DNA of 64,000 bases from Nageia nagi (Eukaryota; Plantae; Pinophyta). Position numbers and translations under genes: made by a program. The DNA lies in assembly GCA_050084985.1 (NCBI GenBank), contig JBITNC010000001.1:6262001-6326000 (forward strand). Direction: 5' to 3'. Of the stretch, positions 61,691-64,000 are shown piece after piece. Position 1 is the first letter of the stretch. Every line of letters begins with the position of its first letter. The notes under the pieces are model-generated. The model was not told the origin of the DNA. It ran no database searches and saw only the letters and a program-made list of their open reading frames with translations.

Positions 61691-64000
61691 CATCTTTCCA
61701 AACCTTAACTGCATTTCATAAAGAATGGCACTAAGTGCTACAGTATTGTCTTGTTCTCCTTCATAGGTAAGTGCAAAAATTTAACTATTATTGTTAGGAT
61801 TTGGAATAGGTTGAGCAGGTAAAGCTATTTGCTTTGGCATTTGCTAATTCTAATTTGGCACTTATTGAATTGGTCATGTCAGCAAAGCCTATTGTTGATT
61901 TCCTTAGTTCCATGTTCTTTATTGATTTTGATTCCAATTAGCTTGGTTATTTTAATGATTTTGATTCCAATTGGGTTGAGTAGTTTGATTCCAATTGGGT
62001 TGAATATTCTAATTCCAATTGGGTTGACTATTCTAATTCTAATTAGTCTGCTACTAGGGTGTTGCCCCCTATTGGTTCTATGGAAGTTGAAACCAATCTT
62101 GATTTGGTGTCATCCATGAACCATATGGATTTATTTGCTATGAATATGGCATATTCCATGTAGGTTGCATGAATCTTGTTTGATTTTGGATTGGAGGATT
62201 CATCCTCTATCCAATGTAATTTACCTTAGAGATGATATTTACCACTAACATTTGAGCTACATTCATACATTCACAATTATTAGTAACATGATTTCCATTA
62301 CATAGATTGCAAATTTCAGTCTTGTTCAAAGGGCACTCATGTAATGTGTGCTTCTTTTTGCATCTTGGATAGTATATTGTAATGGTTCTTCTACCTCCTT
62401 TACCTTCAAAGTTTTAGTTGCTACTCCTTTTAATCGATTCAACTCTATAAGGATATCTATTTTAAAATGTAAGTTCCTCAATCAATATGTTAATAGCTCT
62501 TGATTCATTATGAGCTTTAGATTTCCTTGAAGATGTCATTATTCTTAAGTAGTTCCTTAATAACTCAACTATGTCATCCAAAGATAATGTGGTGACATTA
62601 CCTTTTGCCATCAAATTGAGAACATCTAATGATGAATTTGTTATGCCCCCTAGGAAAATGGTTTTTTCCAAATCTAGATCTATTGTTGTTCCACATTTAT
62701 TCTAAAAAAAAATAAATCTATCTAGATAATATTCTAAGCTTTCTTCATCTCCTTATTTAATTTGAAAAAGTTCATCTTTTGTATCTTTGACATTGGAATA
62801 TTCTTGGTATTTATCTATAAACACTCTCCATTTCTATTGATTTGGTGATGGAATCTAGAGCTAACCCCATGAACCATCTTAATGCATTATCTTTCAAAAT
62901 GGATGGACAAATTTTCAATTTTTGACTATCATTCTCATAGTCATATATTCTGCAAAGTAACTTAAATTCAAATAAGAACTAATTAGGATCTTCAATAGAT
63001 AAGTCCTCTAAAATTTGGTAATATTGTAGGTGATATATTCTTCATTGGTACACTAGTTGCATGAGTAATAGTTATAGGAAAAATGAAGGTCTTATTTGGA
63101 GGATTACCACCAGTACCACCACTCCCTAGTACTCTTGATCCACCAGACATATTGAAAAGTGGATTTGGAAATATTAATATTCTTATTTGGGAAGGATTAA
63201 TATGACTGTGACCTTTAGAACTACTCAAGGAACTTGATGAAGATATATTAGAAATTCCTCTTTCTTGTAATGATGGAGAATCAACAGGACTACTTCTTTG
63301 GGAATTATCAGAAGGATTCTCTTCAAGATTATTGTTAGCAACTTCTTCATTTTCAAGAATAGTATCTACTATCTCACTAATGAAAATTTTTAAACATTGT
63401 TCAGATCCTAATATTAAATTTTTAACAACCAAACCACTCAATTCTATTTCTTCATCTTCTGCAGTGTTATGGATCCTTCTTGTTCCAAGGGTTATTTGTG
63501 TAGGGGTTTTGTGATAGTGTTCTAATACCTATTCTAATATATCCATCCCTAGTACTAATAAACCTTCCTCTTTCATCTCTAGGTCACCACATCCATCTTA
63601 ATTAATAAAAATTAAACAATTCCTAAATAGTTTCTATAGAAAATTCTAAGATAAGTTAATACTCTTTATCACTCATGCAAAAGAGGCCTTGAAAATTTAG
63701 AGTTGTAATCAACCAATGATTGGTAAGACTATAAATATTGAGTTGTAATTAAGTGCTATTTTCTCCTTAATATTCAGTTTAAATCAAATTGCAAGATCAA
63801 TGGGATTACTATCAAGTCATGATTTTCTCAAGATTTCTTCTTTTTGCATAGAGGAAATGTGATAGTACATAATTTCTATATGATACTTGCCAAAAACTTC
63901 ACTTAGGCAATTCTGAGAACTGATTCAATCAACACTATGGTTCTTCTTCTAGATAATGAACTTCCAAACCTGCCCAATAACTTAGGGACCAATTAGCTCT

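Larger units (their letters stand above)
52959..64000 (-). mobile_element. Degenerate Athila-like Ty3/Gypsy element with extra ORFs 3' of integrase, 3' LTR ~54001-52959, 5' end not resolved in the window
   Basis: gag (MKNISPTILPNFRGL..LKDNALRWFMGL, 63045-62865), protease (FVDLGATINM ~61200), RT (LNKATHKDHFPLPFIDQVLDTLAGKKYFSFLDGFSG, YMDE), RNase H, integrase (ACHDEPTGVHY..FYW..CDQCQRMG, WLGPY ~57860). PPT aagttgggaagaa|TGATGAGAC at 54001. Confidence 0.88.

Noticed and set aside
63560-64000. 5' LTR and PBS of the Athila-like element
   Set aside because: No match to the 52959-54001 LTR and no clear PBS is visible, so the 5' end probably lies beyond the window.

Overview
AT-rich eukaryotic nuclear DNA from a plant. 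The PPR, L1 and LTR families look conifer-like, so a gymnosperm origin is inferred but not proven. The window holds one intact host gene: a minus-strand gene with 5 coding exons (39243->33080) encoding a 156-aa HR-like lesion-inducing family membrane protein that ends in a KxKxx motif and has a CpG-rich promoter carrying UPRE-like TGACGTGG boxes. The rest is nested, mostly decayed transposons: a Tat/Ogre-type Gypsy with a tRNA-Trp-like PBS (~3.8-12.3 kb), fragments of an RTE-X-like LINE including a tail-to-tail inverted pair (~15.9-18.8 kb), a near full-length L1 (~19.5-31.2 kb) interrupted by a young CRM-type chromovirus (25226-30888), a hAT-type element and a LINE stub in intron 1, a second L1, a Tat/Ogre 3' half with an antisense PMD ORF, Copia-type remnants, and an Athila-like Gypsy running off the window end. 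The most unusual non-TE structures are a ~253-bp tandem array built from a decayed PLS-class PPR gene segment (1410-3030), a ~24-bp-period motif array (12.7-13.1 kb), a near-perfect 73-nt hairpin (31238-31310) and an array of inverted W-box-like hairpins (47.8-48.05 kb). I found no convincing new multi-gene system, CRISPR array or RNA gene. All alignments and counts were done by eye.
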